Positions 26,835 through 42,100 of a DNA stretch of 64,000 nt are shown here, in pieces (within the stretch, counting starts at the first letter, position 1; each line of letters begins with the position of its first letter). The notes beneath the pieces were generated by a model. It worked only from the letters and a program-made list of their open reading frames with translations. It ran no database searches and was not told the origin of the DNA. The DNA comes from Nageia nagi (Eukaryota > Plantae > Pinophyta): NCBI GenBank assembly GCA_050084985.1, contig JBITNC010000002.1:36022001-36086000 (forward strand), given 5' to 3'. The position numbers and the translations under genes are program-made.

Positions 26835-27265
26835 ATTGTATTTGCATCATGCATCTTATCAAATAATTTGTAAGCCTTCTATATTATTCCACATTTTACA
26901 TACATGTATATTAGGGAAAACACAACAACATTTGATGAAAACCCATTTTCAACTACTCATTTATAGATGTTCACACCTTATTATAGGTATCCTATGTCAA
27001 ATAATTTTTGGGCATTTTGTATTCTTTGACATTTTTCATATATATATACTAGGGCACTCATGATAACAATATTTGATGAAACCCATTTTCAACTACTCTT
27101 TGATTGATGTCCATATATTCTTCCAAAGCTCCTGTATCAAATAAGTTTTGGGCAATCACAATAACAACATTCGATGAAAACCCATTTTCAACTACTCTTT
27201 GATAGATGTTCATACCTTTTTCTATAACTCCCATGTCAAATAATTTATGGGCCTTTTGCATAGTC
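26835..27265 (-). pseudogene. Tandemly rearranged PLS-class PPR fragments
   Basis: Three units of LFD|MGALExGMxIxQRVVENGFSSNVV. Two continue into MYxKCxxIxxAxxLFD. Confidence 0.85.
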
Positions 27266-30200
27266 TATTTTCATTTTTACTATTTCACATAGTGGAATAT
27301 TTGTACATTCTAACACCCTTAAGCCTAGTTTTCTTGAGCATTACATGTTTGTATATGATTCAAACACCATCTCATCTAAGCTAGAATAAAGAGGACCAAC
27401 ACTAAAATTTCAATAATGCAATCCAATTGGGCTTGTCAAGGGGAACCTTTTATTTAATCAAAATCTTCATTTTTCTTCATATTATATCTATGTATTTTAA
27501 TAAAGTGTGCTTACACCTTCTTACACACCACATTCATAACTTCCACTTTATCTATAAATGATTAATTAATCTTTACAAAAACTATTATAGGTAATGCTTC
27601 AACATTCTTTCAAACTTGATCACATATCAATTATTTATTATTTGTTTATATACATCCATATTTCTCACCACATCATTGTTATTATCTCTTGACTAGTACC
27701 TCTATCCTTGTTATCATTTATACATACCCTTTCATATGTTTCACAATGGATATGGATTGATTCATTGGGATTTTGATTAAAGTTCAATGTGATATAATCT
27801 AACATGTTTCTAATGATATTTTGATGAGTTGATATGATGTTGCATTATAGATATTGTAAAGTACATATTTGGCTATTATTAGGGTCTACTCTTATCCTCA
27901 TTGAGGATTATGTAGCATGTACTATATGTATATCTAAGAGAATATTCATCTTTTTATTTAGTTAGTAAATAAGATAAAATTAACATGTAAAATTATAATG
28001 AGCACTTAGTTTAATGCTTATGTTTATTATTTCATTTGATACATTGGTCCTACTACATTGTACCCATTGGAATATTTTCATCCATTTATCATCACCCACA
28101 TCAAATCTATCATCATGGGTTATTTTGGGAAAATCAATATTTCATCCATGTTGATCACTATAATGATTACAAGTTTATTCATCAACACACCATCATTTGC
28201 TACAATTTTCCACCAATCTCCCATTATTGTTTATTTATCCCTCCTAACCACCCATAATACACCATTTTTGACATGAACATAAGTTCTTTTGAGGATATTG
28301 ATTAGTTACTTGCTTTAGTTAAAAAATTCCTTTGGTCAATATTATGAGTGTTGTCCATCTTTGTACACACATACCTCCATGAGCTTTCACACCATATTTC
28401 TATTATTACCTCAAACATATCCCCCCTACTCACTCATCTTATACTCTATTAACAATTAATCATTCTTAGTTGTTTAGATAAAAATTTTATTTACATTTAC
28501 CCTTTCCAGAAAGGTATAACATTATCTCCATACTTACTCATATATTCTAATATTTTTGAGATCAAAACAAGTGATATAATATGTTATTTTGCCTTCATTA
28601 GGGTGAATGGTTTTCCCTTATTATCCTATTATTCACTTAATATTGCTTCTAAGGTTTGAGGTCATATAGCTTTGAAGGTATTTCTTAAAAAAAAGAGGTT
28701 AGTGAAGTGTATATTTCAATCTAGGAAAAAGAAGAAGAAAAGAAAAACTAGACTAAGAAGATTATACCAAAAAAGGATCTAAATATTTGATATTAAGGGT
28801 AATCCTCACCAGGGTTATATATGCTTGAATGAAAATGGATCATCACTCATGAGTGGTGACATGTTTGATGTAGCTAATGACCTTATTTTCTTTGAAAAAT
28901 TGTATGCTTAAAATTAAGCTGGTATTATAAAAGATCAAGGACATAAATAAATAGTTTGATTCATCTTGAGATGTCATAAAATTAATTACACACAAGATCA
29001 TATAATACTCTAAATTAAATTTGATTAGTTTAAACATCTCTCATTATAAGGATTTATGTATGTGATTTGATGATCTTTTCAACTTTGTTGATATCTTATT
29101 ATGTGAGTTACCCATCATGCATAATTGTTCTATCACTTTACCCTTTTACCTCCACCCACATCCATTCTTACTCTATCTTTTTGATATGTCTCCTACCCCT
29201 CGAAACTCATAATTTTAGCCACAAAAACTATTTTAGTGTTATGAATTCATTCATTATATCCATCTGTCTCTTGTCTTTATATCCATCATTCATCTTCATC
29301 TCTTATATATATTCATATTATTATTCATCTCATAATTATTCCACTCTACTATCCCCACCTTTTATCATTTATCCTATATCACATGCATCATCCACCATGC
29401 ATATTATTTTATATCATTTTCCATTTTTATAGTATTGGCATTCTTACAATCCTTATGAAAGAAACACACTCCCCCTTAGAAGATGAGGGGCCCTCATAAT
29501 ACATTGTATAATATTCCCCTCACCTCCTATTTTATTTTTGTCACATAATAAATCCAAGATCTAGTCCCATACTAATAAATTTTATGCTTTCCCACCTTAC
29601 TATATTCATATGCAATGTTGATTATCATTGTATCTTCTTGTTCTCGCAATTGCTTACATCATTTTGTTTCACTATTCTATAATATCACTTTATCTTATAT
29701 TTTATCATCATGTTACACAATTCTATTTCACTATTCCCAAATAGTTGTAGGTACTCACCCCAATTTATTTATCCCATATTTACCACATCATATTTTATCT
29801 ACTACCTTTTTTATAATTTTACATATCTAATAAATTAGTTTTTAAGGATTTCCTCATGTGCATGATTCACCTCCTCAAACGAAGTTAATTTTCATCATGG
29901 GTGATCTTGAAAAACTTTTATTTACATTGTTCATTCCCTATGGTACTAGTCAGTTCCACCATTGCTTTCATCACATCATCATTTATCTATTAATCTTCGT
30001 GGACTTATCAAATTATATGATAACTATTGATGATGATATTTACTTGGTATCTCTATGGATTTTATATTCAAATAGGTATGTAAGACAATTATTTGGGATA
30101 CTTAATATAAAAAATGATAAGGTTATGATGATTAATATTCTTTCCATAATACCATACATCACGTAAGATATAGATGTAATTATATAACATAAATCATTCA

Positions 30201-31627
30201 TCATTCTTATTTATCACAACATTTGCATGATACACATCATCAAAGCACAATAAATCCATCACCTTCATATTACCTCTATATCACATAATCCTACATCATA
30301 TTATCATTAACATCTATCTATAATATCTACCTCATTATCCACCCATACATAATTCACCAACACAAATACATTTATCACTTCATCACATCCTACTTATATA
30401 TAATCCATAAAGTATCACATTAAGTAATAACATTAAACAACTCATATACATCATCATAATCAAATTGTAACCAATGCATACACATGATATACCATATACA
30501 AAATATATCTATGCTACTTATATTACATAATGTACACATCACCATAATCACATAATCATGATCTATCCATATAATATAGCATCAAATAAAATCATACATC
30601 ATATCCATATTATCGAATACATCAATAATATCATCAATGACACAAGATAGACTAACAAACCATTAATAGTACAACATGTGCATCCGTATCACATGTCCAA
30701 AATAAATAAAGCTAAGACTAATGTTGCATGGGTATCTAGACCCCCTATCTCACCACCTCCATCCACTAGTGTCTATGAAGGCTCCCCTTGAATTTCCATT
30801 GATGTTGTTTGATCAATCTATCATGCTTCTCTAGCTAGTTATCCTACAAAGGAAGATCTTGTAGTCAATAAATAATTAATTGTTGTTAATAATTCATTAT
30901 TGCACTATGAAATACCAATTGTACTATTATGAATATGATTAGATAAGGTTACAAATAATATTTTGAATTGTATTAGATATTTCCTTTCTAAATATGTATA
31001 TTTTACCTTTTATTGAGTTTCCTCTTAGATCTTGAGCCTTAAGGATGAAAGAGGTATGAAACACACATCGTAAATACAATCTTCCCATGCCACATGCATC
31101 ATTCTTCTTGAAGGAAATGTAGATAAACTCAAATAATATTATTTTAAGATGAATATTAGATAATATATCCTTAGATAGATGGTGTTAAGATATATCATTA
31201 TGTTTTGGAGTATGGATCAATCTTTTAAATTGACCTATTAGATCTGATCCAGATCTATCTAATTATCTAATAGGAAAGGCCTTGCTTTTGTTATTTATTT
31301 GTAATTGAACATCCTTAATATTAGTTCTTCTTGAGATCTACATGAATTACATAGATTAGGGTTCTTTTCTTGATACTAACACCATTTACATTCTTTATGG
31401 TTCCTTTATTAATATTTACAATACTTTTGCAACATATTACCTTATTGTCTAAAATGTAATTTTATATTAGATAGAAATCATAGTTAGGTGGCTACAAATC
31501 CATAGGTTCCTCTATTAGAGATATGTAGAATAGTATAAATTGTGAGTGATACTACCCCACATATCTAGTCATGTGCTCCATTTCCTATGTTTTGAACTCC
31601 ATCACCCTTTGTAACCAAATGATTATG

Positions 31628-32836
31628 TGTGATGATCCAAATTTAAACTCAAGCACAAACTAGCAAGTTTGGACCATCAAACCCTGACTTTAGGATTAGG
31701 GCATCAACATGCAACCATACAAACCCTCATATGCCTATATTAGGGTTAGATAATGTAATACACCTCATAGAAATGGAAACATGCCAATGTATAGCAATTA
31801 CAAGCATTCATCAATGAATACAATTCCAAAATACCAACATCTAGCTCATACATGCATAATCTAATCAATAATACATTAAAGTGCCATCTCATAATAAATA
31901 CAAATACATAACATCAAATCTAGGTCCAACGCATGCATAGTTATGAGATAAAACACCCAATAATGAGATCTAATGCCCTATGACTATATGAATGATGTGT
32001 AATGAATGAAATACAATACCAATGTCCAATGGGCAATCATTGGCCTCCATGGAGCCAATTAGGACATAATACAATGATATCTCAAATATGGAATATCTAT
32101 AGAACCATAGGATAGACACACTCCCTTAGAATCCAAATCCTCTCCATTGAATAAGCCCTATTTAAACCTTGGTGAACTAATAAAGGTATAAGTGAATCCT
32201 TGGAATACCACTGGATGGGCTAGGTGCTCCACCTAGACCATAGATGATCAAGATCCCACTACCTAGTCACCCTTTAGATGCTTCATCTAGGAATAGTTTG
32301 CTCAGTGCCACTAATACTTGTACCCAAAGGAATGGAATATAAGTAATAATTATTAAAAATATTTTCCAATACTAAAGCTCTAATGTCTATTTATATCTTT
32401 CTCACATCTGGAGCTCACCTTGGGATCACTCCATACCCTTCTAATCCAATGTTGGGTCATTGGGGGGCCCAATTCACTTAAGTGCCAATGTGGGTGTCAT
32501 AAACACATAATATGATAATGTGGGGGTCCTAGAGCTCTAATAAGACAATGTGGGGGTATAGGACCCTCCCTAAGCTAGTGCTAGCACTTTGATAGTCATA
32601 TAACATGATAATGTATAAATCTACCTTATGATTCCCATGATCTGGGATCTCTAATACAAAACATGCCTATTATACTACTCAGGAGGGAGAAGTTCCACTT
32701 AAGGCTCAAAGTGGGGTCCATATGACCCATTAAACCTCCTATCTTGAGTTACATAATGTAAATACAAAATATAATAAGTAGATATAGTACAATATTACCC
32801 TTTTGATCCCACTAACTGAATAAAGGGGATGTCACA
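31628..32836 (-). repeat. 3' LTR
   Basis: Aligns with 36421-37502. Confidence 0.92.
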
Positions 32837-35800
32837 AAGCCTCCCATCCCAAGATTCATTACCCTCAAGCAATTACAATATGATCCAAGGTATCAAACCA
32901 ATCTCAAGGGATATATTTCATCATGCTCAAGTGGAGAAATCATATCAACTATGCATCCAACAAACTCAACATCAAGAATGTGCTCAATTTCTTTCCAAGG
33001 ATCAATAGGTGTGTGATGCTTAGGTCCAAAATGAAAATCAACATGTAATGACTCAAAATTAATCCTAAAGAAACATAGGGATGTATGCAAATGAAAGTAT
33101 CTAAGATAATGTAGCTACAAAAACCTCAAGTAAATCATAGGTAAGTATAAACAAGTAGAGCATTTGCTCCCAATTTGAGTCCAAGCTCTCTCCAATCCCA
33201 ACATAGAGTTCAAGACTCCTCTAATTAGTAGTATGAAGCCAGATACTTCCCCATCCTCCAACATGGGGTATCCACATCTCATGTGAAACCTCATGGTGGA
33301 ATTAGACCTTCCCAAGTCCAATGTGGCATCCTTCAACTCCTGAGAGCTCCATGGGGGGAGTACAGCCTTGATCATGCTCAATGTTAGGAAACTATCATCA
33401 TGGAACCTTAATGTAGCAAATCCAACCTCTTTAAGATCCAATGTGGGGTGCCTATGCCTCGAACAACCTGATGTGATATGCCTAACTCTCTAAGGGTCCA
33501 ATGTGGGAAGGTATGACTCCTCCAAGATCAACATCTGGTGGAAAACTCCTTTAATGTACAACATGGGATAACAAGCTATCTCCATGCTCAACATGAGGTG
33601 TAGAAGCTCCCTTAACTATTCCCAAGCAATGTATAAACATGTGTTAATAGTTAGCAAAAGAGTTGCTAATGTTGAATCTCCATAACTATATTCAAATGAT
33701 GCAAGGAGTGCCATCCAAAAGGTATTTAACTATGTACTAATGGCAACCAACAAATTAGAACCTGAAATGCCAAAAATAATCCAATAAAGCCTATTTTTAT
33801 CATCACATAATCATAAATGATTGTAGCCATTGAGATAGGGACAATAGTCACCAAATTATCATTAAGTAATGCCTCAACAATGTGTGTAATGGAAATAGAC
33901 ATTTCCTGATTATAGGTAGCTCCTATTAAGTGTAAGACATTTCATATAATACCCTCAACATTCCCTCTTACATAAACAATAAGTGCATCCCATATCTCCT
34001 TCATAACAATCCAATTTTCATCACATATAATGAACCTCAAATCTAAATCAAATACCCAAACATGTTGATTAAGTTTTGGAGTATACATAATCATCAACTT
34101 GTGATGTATTATATCCTTTCTCATGTGCTCAATATCGAACAATAAGTTTGAAATGTTACTAATAGTAGTAGACTCCTTCTTCCTTGATTCAACCCAAAAA
34201 AAGTTGAAAAGAAGCCATGTATCAACATTTCCTAAGTATGCAAATGTGGCCCTCCAACAATAACCATTTTTCCTATGATATTCTCACATTAAGACCAAGT
34301 GAAGGTCATATCTCTGATACAAATCACAGAAGGCACAAGGAACTCAGAGTTATCAATCCTTAAACCATGATGAAAGCATGCAAGAATACATCCACTAATA
34401 GTGACTAATGTGTCATCAATTTAAATCCTTACTATCCTTGAAAGTGCTATCCAAGTAGCCAAGGATGCAACCCTATTAGTCATGAAGAATTAAATCCAAG
34501 ATGTTAACAACAATGGTGACATTTTAGTCCCAAATATCTTCCATCTTCCCTTATCAAGTGCTTCCCTTGAAATGTACCAACTTAGCTCAAATATATCTAA
34601 AATCAAATCTAAATGTCTTCCTTCTAAATAAACCCACACTAAGCATAAATATGAAGTATAAAAATCTCCAATTAATGCATAATTTTTCCTCATATATTAT
34701 ATCCTTTTGGGGTATTAAAGTAGCTTTTGAATTGACATGATCCCTTACCCAAAATAGTGATGAATCTTCAAGAACATAATGACCATAGAAACCAACAAAT
34801 GTACCTCCCTCCTTCTTGATGTATTGGCTACAAATGAATGTGTCATGAGAAAGTATGATGCTCATCTCATGCTCTAATCCTTTAAGTGAGGCTATGGGTT
34901 CCTACAAACACACCAAAAACCAAAGTGAGCTATAACAAGTGAGGCCATTACCCCATGTTAAGTGCTAAAGATCCAAGTGGCTCCAAGGACCATCAAGTAC
35001 TCCATCATAGGCTGATGTTACTTTTCCTTTCTTCTCCAAGGTTGATTGGGAAACCTTTCTGCTATCTCCTTCATTCCCAAAGAATACCTCCAACCTTTTA
35101 AATCTCCCATTATGTGCTAACACTCTCAGATCTCATGGAGCTAGAAGTCTATTTCCATACACATGAAGAATTGGTTTCTCCCACTCATCATAACTTGAAA
35201 CCAAAGGCATGAGACTATTATTTGCATATTCAAAAGCAACATTAATATCTACATCAAGCCTCTTGTGCCTTGCTATATTCTCAATAAATAGAGATGATTG
35301 TATTATGAAGGAAATATCTTGTAGCTCTACTTGACATACCTCATGTGAAGATACAATTATTTTTGATTTTCCAAGATTTGAAATAATGTTCCCTTCTTTA
35401 CAATTTTAGTCTTCTTCTATGTTAGGCTCATGTTTTAAACCCATATCATTACTATCTCCTAAAACCAAATCTGAAACAAAAATGGCTCTTTCCTCTTTCT
35501 TCCCAATGTTATCACTTCCAAAAACATCATGCAAAACCTATGAATTCATGCTATGAAAATCAAAATTGCTATCATATATTTTTGGAGTGTTAATGTGGCT
35601 GACCCAAGGTTCTTCTATTGCTAGTTCTTATTCTTTCCCAACACTAGGTGCCCAAGAGTCTTGGTGCTAAATGTGTGGTGTTAAATTGCCTACTTGGTCA
35701 ATGTTGGATGCCAAGCTTATTTTGGGTCCAACATGGGATGCCAAACCTCCTCTGTGCCCAATGTGTGATTCCAAGCTTCCAATTTTCTTTTTCTTATCCT

Positions 35801-36420
35801 ACTTATGGTGTGATGCCTCATGATCCTCATTGGCATAACATGGGGGTGAGTGGTGCCTCTCTAGCTCATCAGTCTCTCCCCAATGCTCAACCATCTATCG
35901 ATCCATTAAAGTGATTGCTTTGGTCATACCATTAATGGTCAACATGAGCTCATCAAAATTTCATTTGGAAGTGAATCTCCAAACTAAAGTAGATATGCTC
36001 CTCCTAGCATTCTTTTACATGTATCTATGCATCTCTCCTTCACTACCAAAAACCCTAGCTTTTGACTGCATGGTCATCCACTTCCACCTCTCATCCTCTT
36101 GAACAACTACCTCCCTAGATCTGTTTCCCCTCCAAGTGAATGCCATAGTTTTCAAACCTTATCTCAAACCCTCATATTAAATTTTCTAGTTATCTAGGAT
36201 GATAGACCAAGTCCTTCTATACTTGAAAACAACCTTCATTCTATAGATATGATCTCTAATCCTAGATGACCTAGCCTAGGAATTTAGACTTTCTAAAAAA
36301 AATATCATTTTAACATTGAAATTGGCCTTTTAAATGCAAAACCTCTCAATCTACTAGTTCAATTCATTGCTAGCTTAATATTAAACTCATAGGATACCAA
36401 ATCTAGGATTTGATACCACT

Positions 36421-37502
36421 TGTGATGATACAAATTTAAACTCAAGCAAAAACTAGCAAGTCTGGACCATTAAACCCTGACCTCAGGACTAGGGCATCAA
36501 CATGAAACCATACAAACCCTCATATGCCCATGTTAGGGTTATATTATGCAATAGATATCATAGGAATGGAAACATACAAATGTCTAGCAATTACAAGCAT
36601 ACATCAATGAATACAATTTCAAAATACCAACTTCTAGCTCATACATGCATAATCAAATCAACAATACATTAAAGTGCCATCGTATGATAAATACAAGTAC
36701 ATAACATCAAAGAGATCTAATGCATGTGCAAGTATGTGATAAAACACATAATAATGAGATCTAATACCCTCTAAATATATGAATGATGTGTAATGAATGA
36801 AATATAATACCATTGCCCAATCTAGAACAACTGTAGAACCATAGGATAGATACACTCACTTAAACTCTAAATCATCTCCACTGAAGGAGCCCTCCTCAAA
36901 CCTTGGTGAACCATTAAAGGTAGAGGTGACTTTTATAATACCCTCAAATGGGCTAGGTGCTCCACCTAAGCCATAGATGATTAAGATCCCACTACCTAAC
37001 TACCCTTTAGATGCTCCATCTAGGAATGATTTTCTTAGTGTTGCTAAGACTTATGCTAAAGGACTAGAATAGAAGTAATAATGATAAAAACTGATGTCCA
37101 ATACTGAAGCTCCAATGTCTATTTATACCTTTCTCATGTCTAGAGTCCACCTTAGGATCATTGTAGACCCTTCTAATATGACAATGTGGGGATCTTGGAG
37201 CTCTAATAATCCAACATGGATGTATGGGGCCCTCCCCAAGCTAGCTCTAGCACTCTAATATCCATCCAACATGATAATGTATAAATCTACCTTGGGATTC
37301 CCATAATTTGGGATATCTAATGCAAAACATGCCTATTCTACTACTTAGGAGGGAGATGTTTGACTTGGGGCTAACAGTGGGGTCCACATGACCCATTAAA
37401 CCTCCTATCCTGAGTTACATAATGCAAATACAAAATACAATAAGTAGATATAGTACAAGATGACCCTTCCGGTACCACTAACTGAACAAAGGGGATTTCA
37501 CA
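36421..37502 (-). repeat. 5' LTR (about 125 bp shorter, internal deletions)
   Basis: Aligns with 31628-32836 and is adjacent to the PBS. Confidence 0.92.
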
Positions 37503-38649
37503 TTATGTTAGTACATCATCATCATGAATAAATTTTTAATTACCTTACTAACATAATACATGATAAGCTATCATAATATAAAAACCTAAGTACCATAAAT
37601 ATGTAACCTCCTACTACATGATATCTCTCTCATTCCATAACTCCTCCATATTAATACAAATGCTCTTCACTCAAAAATAGCCTTGATGTCAATGTTTGTA
37701 CCTATTCCTATAGGTATCAACTCTTCTTTATCAATTAAGTAATAATAATGTGTATCCCATATCTATCCTCCTCATCCTAGGCCATTGCATCCCCTTGTAC
37801 TATCTCTATATTTTGTTATAGTGATCTAAGTTATTGCTACATAATGACTATATGTTGTTGTAAGATAAAAATTGATACATCCTCTCTCTTTTTCCTAGTC
37901 CACTAAGACTCTCCATCCTCTTCAATATCCCCATAACATGATTATATAGTATAGGGACATACACATTTATCCTCTCCTCACCAACATCCACTCATCATCT
38001 CATATGATGCTCAAGAGGGTGCATCCTCCTCTACATATCCACCCTCAACACCACCTATATAAGCACCATTGCTTTGCCATATTCCTAGGGACTCTAATAT
38101 CACCACCATTATGGTAACATATCAAGCATAACATGTTATGATGATTTCAATATCATCCATTTTAGCTATCTAGATCAATAGATCTACATTCAAAGATGGA
38201 TCCTCATACTGGACTACTGGTAGCCCATCTCGACCCCATGATTGACTATATAACTATCAATCTAGAGGTACATATTGATTTATACCAAACTACTAAGTCA
38301 TTCTCTCATAATAATAAAAGCTCTCCATATCTATATTTTATTTTCCTATAAAAAATTTATTAGGCTAATGCCACATCCTCTACCTATATTGGTCCCTATA
38401 AATATGAATGTTATATCACCTACCTTATACATAGTATTGTAAAGCAATAATGATAGTACAATACCTCTCCCAAATGTGCCTAATGGTGCCTTAAACAATA
38501 ATATACAACCCATTACATCATCCATACAACCTCCCTCCTAGGATCCTCCCACACTATCTCCTCATCTGCATAAATATTATACGAAAGTTATCTCAACCTC
38601 TAAATCCTAATATGATCCCATCCTTAGAGAAATAGTAATAATATGCTAA

Positions 38650-39110
38650 TAATAACCTAGCCTATATTCCTAGTCTAATGTAGCTCCTAATAATTCTACA
38701 ATAATAAAGTTTTCCCCATGAAAATATAGTAGTATACATCTCCATCCTATAAATGACATCAAACATTAACCATAGAAATAATACTTTCATCAAGTATGAA
38801 AGGACAAATCCCTTAATAAGCTCCATCATAAAGGCTACTTTGGTTGACACCATGTGGTGCTTATATGCATCCTATAACCTAAAACCATAGTCCCCCCATT
38901 GTAAGTACATCACATCTCACCTAGACATAAATCTAGTTGTTACTTATCTACCCTATTACTACCTTACCAGTTACACCCACTCTCCCTCTATAGGAATCCA
39001 ATAAATCCTTTATATATTTTGATGGTCATTTTGATAGTAGGTACATGAAAGATATTTGTCAAATTATTCTAGCTTTCTAAAAAAGCTATCAAATAACTTG
39101 TATCCACCTT
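38650..39110 (-). pseudogene. Plant mobile domain (PMD, aminotransferase-like) remnant of a transposon
   Basis: VDTSYLIAFLES*NNLTNIFHVPTIKMTI...IPIEG versus PMD consensus LIxAL.ERW..ETxTFHLPxGEMTITL...LPIxG. Downstream FSWG motif. Confidence 0.7.
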
Positions 39111-42100
39111 GTTCATCATCCCCATAAGAAAAAATTATTGTTAACCATTACCATTCATCATCCTACATCATTGTCTATAAAGGATACCTTAATGGTCCAA
39201 AATGATGGCTCATCATCAACTTTGTTCTATCTTCCTCATCACCTCCATAAACTAAAAAAAAAGAATACCCTTCACTATTTTTCTTATAGAAATGATAAAG
39301 CATTTATTGTTTGCTTTCATATTGGTGTAAATAATGGAGGTTTTATTATTTCACTTTTTAAAATGATATTACCTCACCATTTCACCCTCCACCCAACATG
39401 AAACAATATTACTATATCATCCCACCTAAAAAAATACCACAATTATACCATTTCACTATTATAAATAATATATTAGGTATAAAATCCTAGTTATATGATA
39501 AAGAATTCAATCTTGGGTAGAAGATTGGGTCATTAGAGTTGGCATTAGAGCCTAGGTAAATAGGTGTTATTTTTTAGTAGAAAGAAAGCAAACTCTAAAC
39601 CTCTTGTAGATTTTATCTTGTACTTAGAAAAGGTGGCATCTAAAAAAAAAAAAAAAATTCTAGGGTAATTTATGACATGAAGTAAAACCCTTAGACATAT
39701 TTAAACAAGATCTAAGATTGAGTCATCAAACCAAATTAGTAACCTTGAGAAAGTTGTAAAAAAGTTACTACTAACATTCCTAAGAGAATGTTTAAACAAT
39801 TTTGAAGGAATTAGTTTCTTTTTAGAATAAATGTAAGTGTTTCTAAGGATGGATCCTTTCATAAATCTATACGAGGAGCAAAAGATCACATTTTAGAATT
39901 ATTTTAAGAAACTCATTCTACATCCAGTATTTAGAACAAGGATATATGTGTTAGGTGACACCATGTTTCTCTCAAAAAGGTATTGGATACAAATGACCAA
40001 GATATATAGGATATTAAGAGAAGATTGTTTTAAATTCAATTGATTTCTACTCTTAAGTTGTACCTAGTTAATCTCTTCAAATATATTAACTATGGTCTCC
40101 ACCATTAAATTTCTAGAGTTTTAGTAAGTTAGAAAAAAAAGGAAAATAAAATCTAAGAAAAGATATAAATGATGTTGTAAATATATTTACTCTTAGGAGA
40201 GTCCTGCTGTAGTGGAATATATTAAGTTCACAATAGTCTTGCATTAATTAGAGGTGTTATCAGATGTTTTAAGTTGCACAAAGGTACTTGAAGGATATTT
40301 TTGTCAAGGAAAATGTAAAGACTTGAAGCTTCTTATTGAGAAGTTTAAGAAAGAGAAAGGAAAAGATTTTTCATATCCAAGGAATCAATTTTAGGATTAG
40401 TAAGTTCCAAAGATCATGCCAAAAATGGTGGAATAATACCATTTCTTGATTGACCCCATATACCTCCATACTTTACAGATGTGGTTATGAATCAAATGGA
40501 CAAGAATATCAAGGTGATATCATCCATGGGAAAAAAGTAGTAGTAATTCGTAATTTTTAAATTAGCCATCAAGAACACTACTTGAGGTTCCAAGAAATAA
40601 ATGTACTGGTAGGGTGCAAATGATAATTCAATCAAATATAAACTACCTTTAAGTTTATGTGCTCATTAACATTAAGAGACTTGATAGCTCAAGAGGAATA
40701 GAGAAAGAATTGGTACTATCTAGCCATCAACAATTTAGCATTCAACAAGAAGGATTTTTATCTTAAAAAAGAAATGGAAATCATGTTTTCAACGCTTTAA
40801 AATGGAGTAGAAAACAATTTAGTCCAATGACCATGAGGATCATATGAAGAATTTTTAAAGGAACAAGTAAGGGAGAATACTTTTTCTTTAAAACCCTAAA
40901 AATACATGAAACATTAGTATCTTGATTTGATACTTATCTTGAACTAATCAAAATTTAGAGAGAACAAGTTAAAAGTTAGATATAGATGATGGATTGATAA
41001 AGTAATTTCCATCATGATTTTCACTCATCAAGAGAGATGATGGAATTTGAATTAAAAAAATCTTAAGATCCAAATGGGTTAAAAAGAAATTAGATGGAGA
41101 ATCTTAACATAGTATGAAACCCAAAGATTTATTTCTATATTTTGGAGATTTACCAAGGCTATAAATGGTAAAATAAACATTAGTAGACCTACCTCCTAAT
41201 AAAAACTTAGGATCAAGATGACATAGTGAGTTAATTATTTTTTAAAGATACTTTTAGATTTTATTGTATGTATCACTCCAAAAAAATGAAGATACTACTC
41301 AATCTTATCAATTTACATACAATTATGGATGATAATCATCTATTGAGTTGTCACCTTTTGAAACCACATGGTTAAGGGTGAAACATTCCTCTTTCATCAT
41401 GGTATCTTGGGAGTCCAAGATAGGATTAAAAAAATATGAGAGAGGAAGGATCAATTTTAGTAAAAAAAATAAATAGCAAGGATTGAAGTACACTAACAAA
41501 ATGAAAAAGGGTCATAGAGTAGAAAAGGGAAGGTTAGGATGAAAACCCTAGTATATGTAGTTAAGTACACACAAATCTATAAGAGAATATATATTATCAT
41601 TTAGGATAAATCTTTAATTATTAAAAAATGAGTAATGAGTAAGCAATATTTCATATTGAGACATAATTATCGAGTAAGGATAAATCATAGTTTCACTTGG
41701 GTATGAAAGGAATTGGAAATATTAAAATTGTCTATATGTGAAGATGGTGCAAATACAAATAGGTATATGGTACCATCAAGAAGTTGTAAATGTTAAAGGA
41801 AAGGAAATTGTTGGTGAGTTAGACCAACATACCTTATGATGAATATTTGAGGCAAGAGATGAGGTTATTTAATGGATAAGATTAAATAAGGAGAAATGGT
41901 ATTTGTTCAAGGAGATGGCCACTTGAGAATGGATGAAGCCTAGAATCAACTAGTATAAAAGAAGTGTTCTTTTAATCTCACTTGATTTTATGGTAGCTTC
42001 CAAATATTTTCAATGAAGTAATTGCTACTCACTCATACTTATTAGTTAAAAATAAAAGAGTTTTCCATTATTAAAAGAAACGGGGATAAAATGCCATGAT

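Larger units (their letters stand above)
31628..37502 (-). mobile_element. Non-autonomous gypsy-type LTR element (LARD-like), structurally complete
   Basis: LTRs 31628-32836 and 36421-37502 (TG...CA). TSD TTATG at 31623-31627 and 37503-37507. Degenerate PBS TGGTATCAAATC at 36407-36418. Polypurine tract GGGATGGGAGG. The 3.6 kb internal region has no intact gag/pol. Confidence 0.92.

Noticed and set aside
27300-30700. Possible MULE transposase remnant and hydrophobic ORFs
   Set aside because: Motif resemblance is too weak by eye. The ORFs reflect A/T/C compositional skew.
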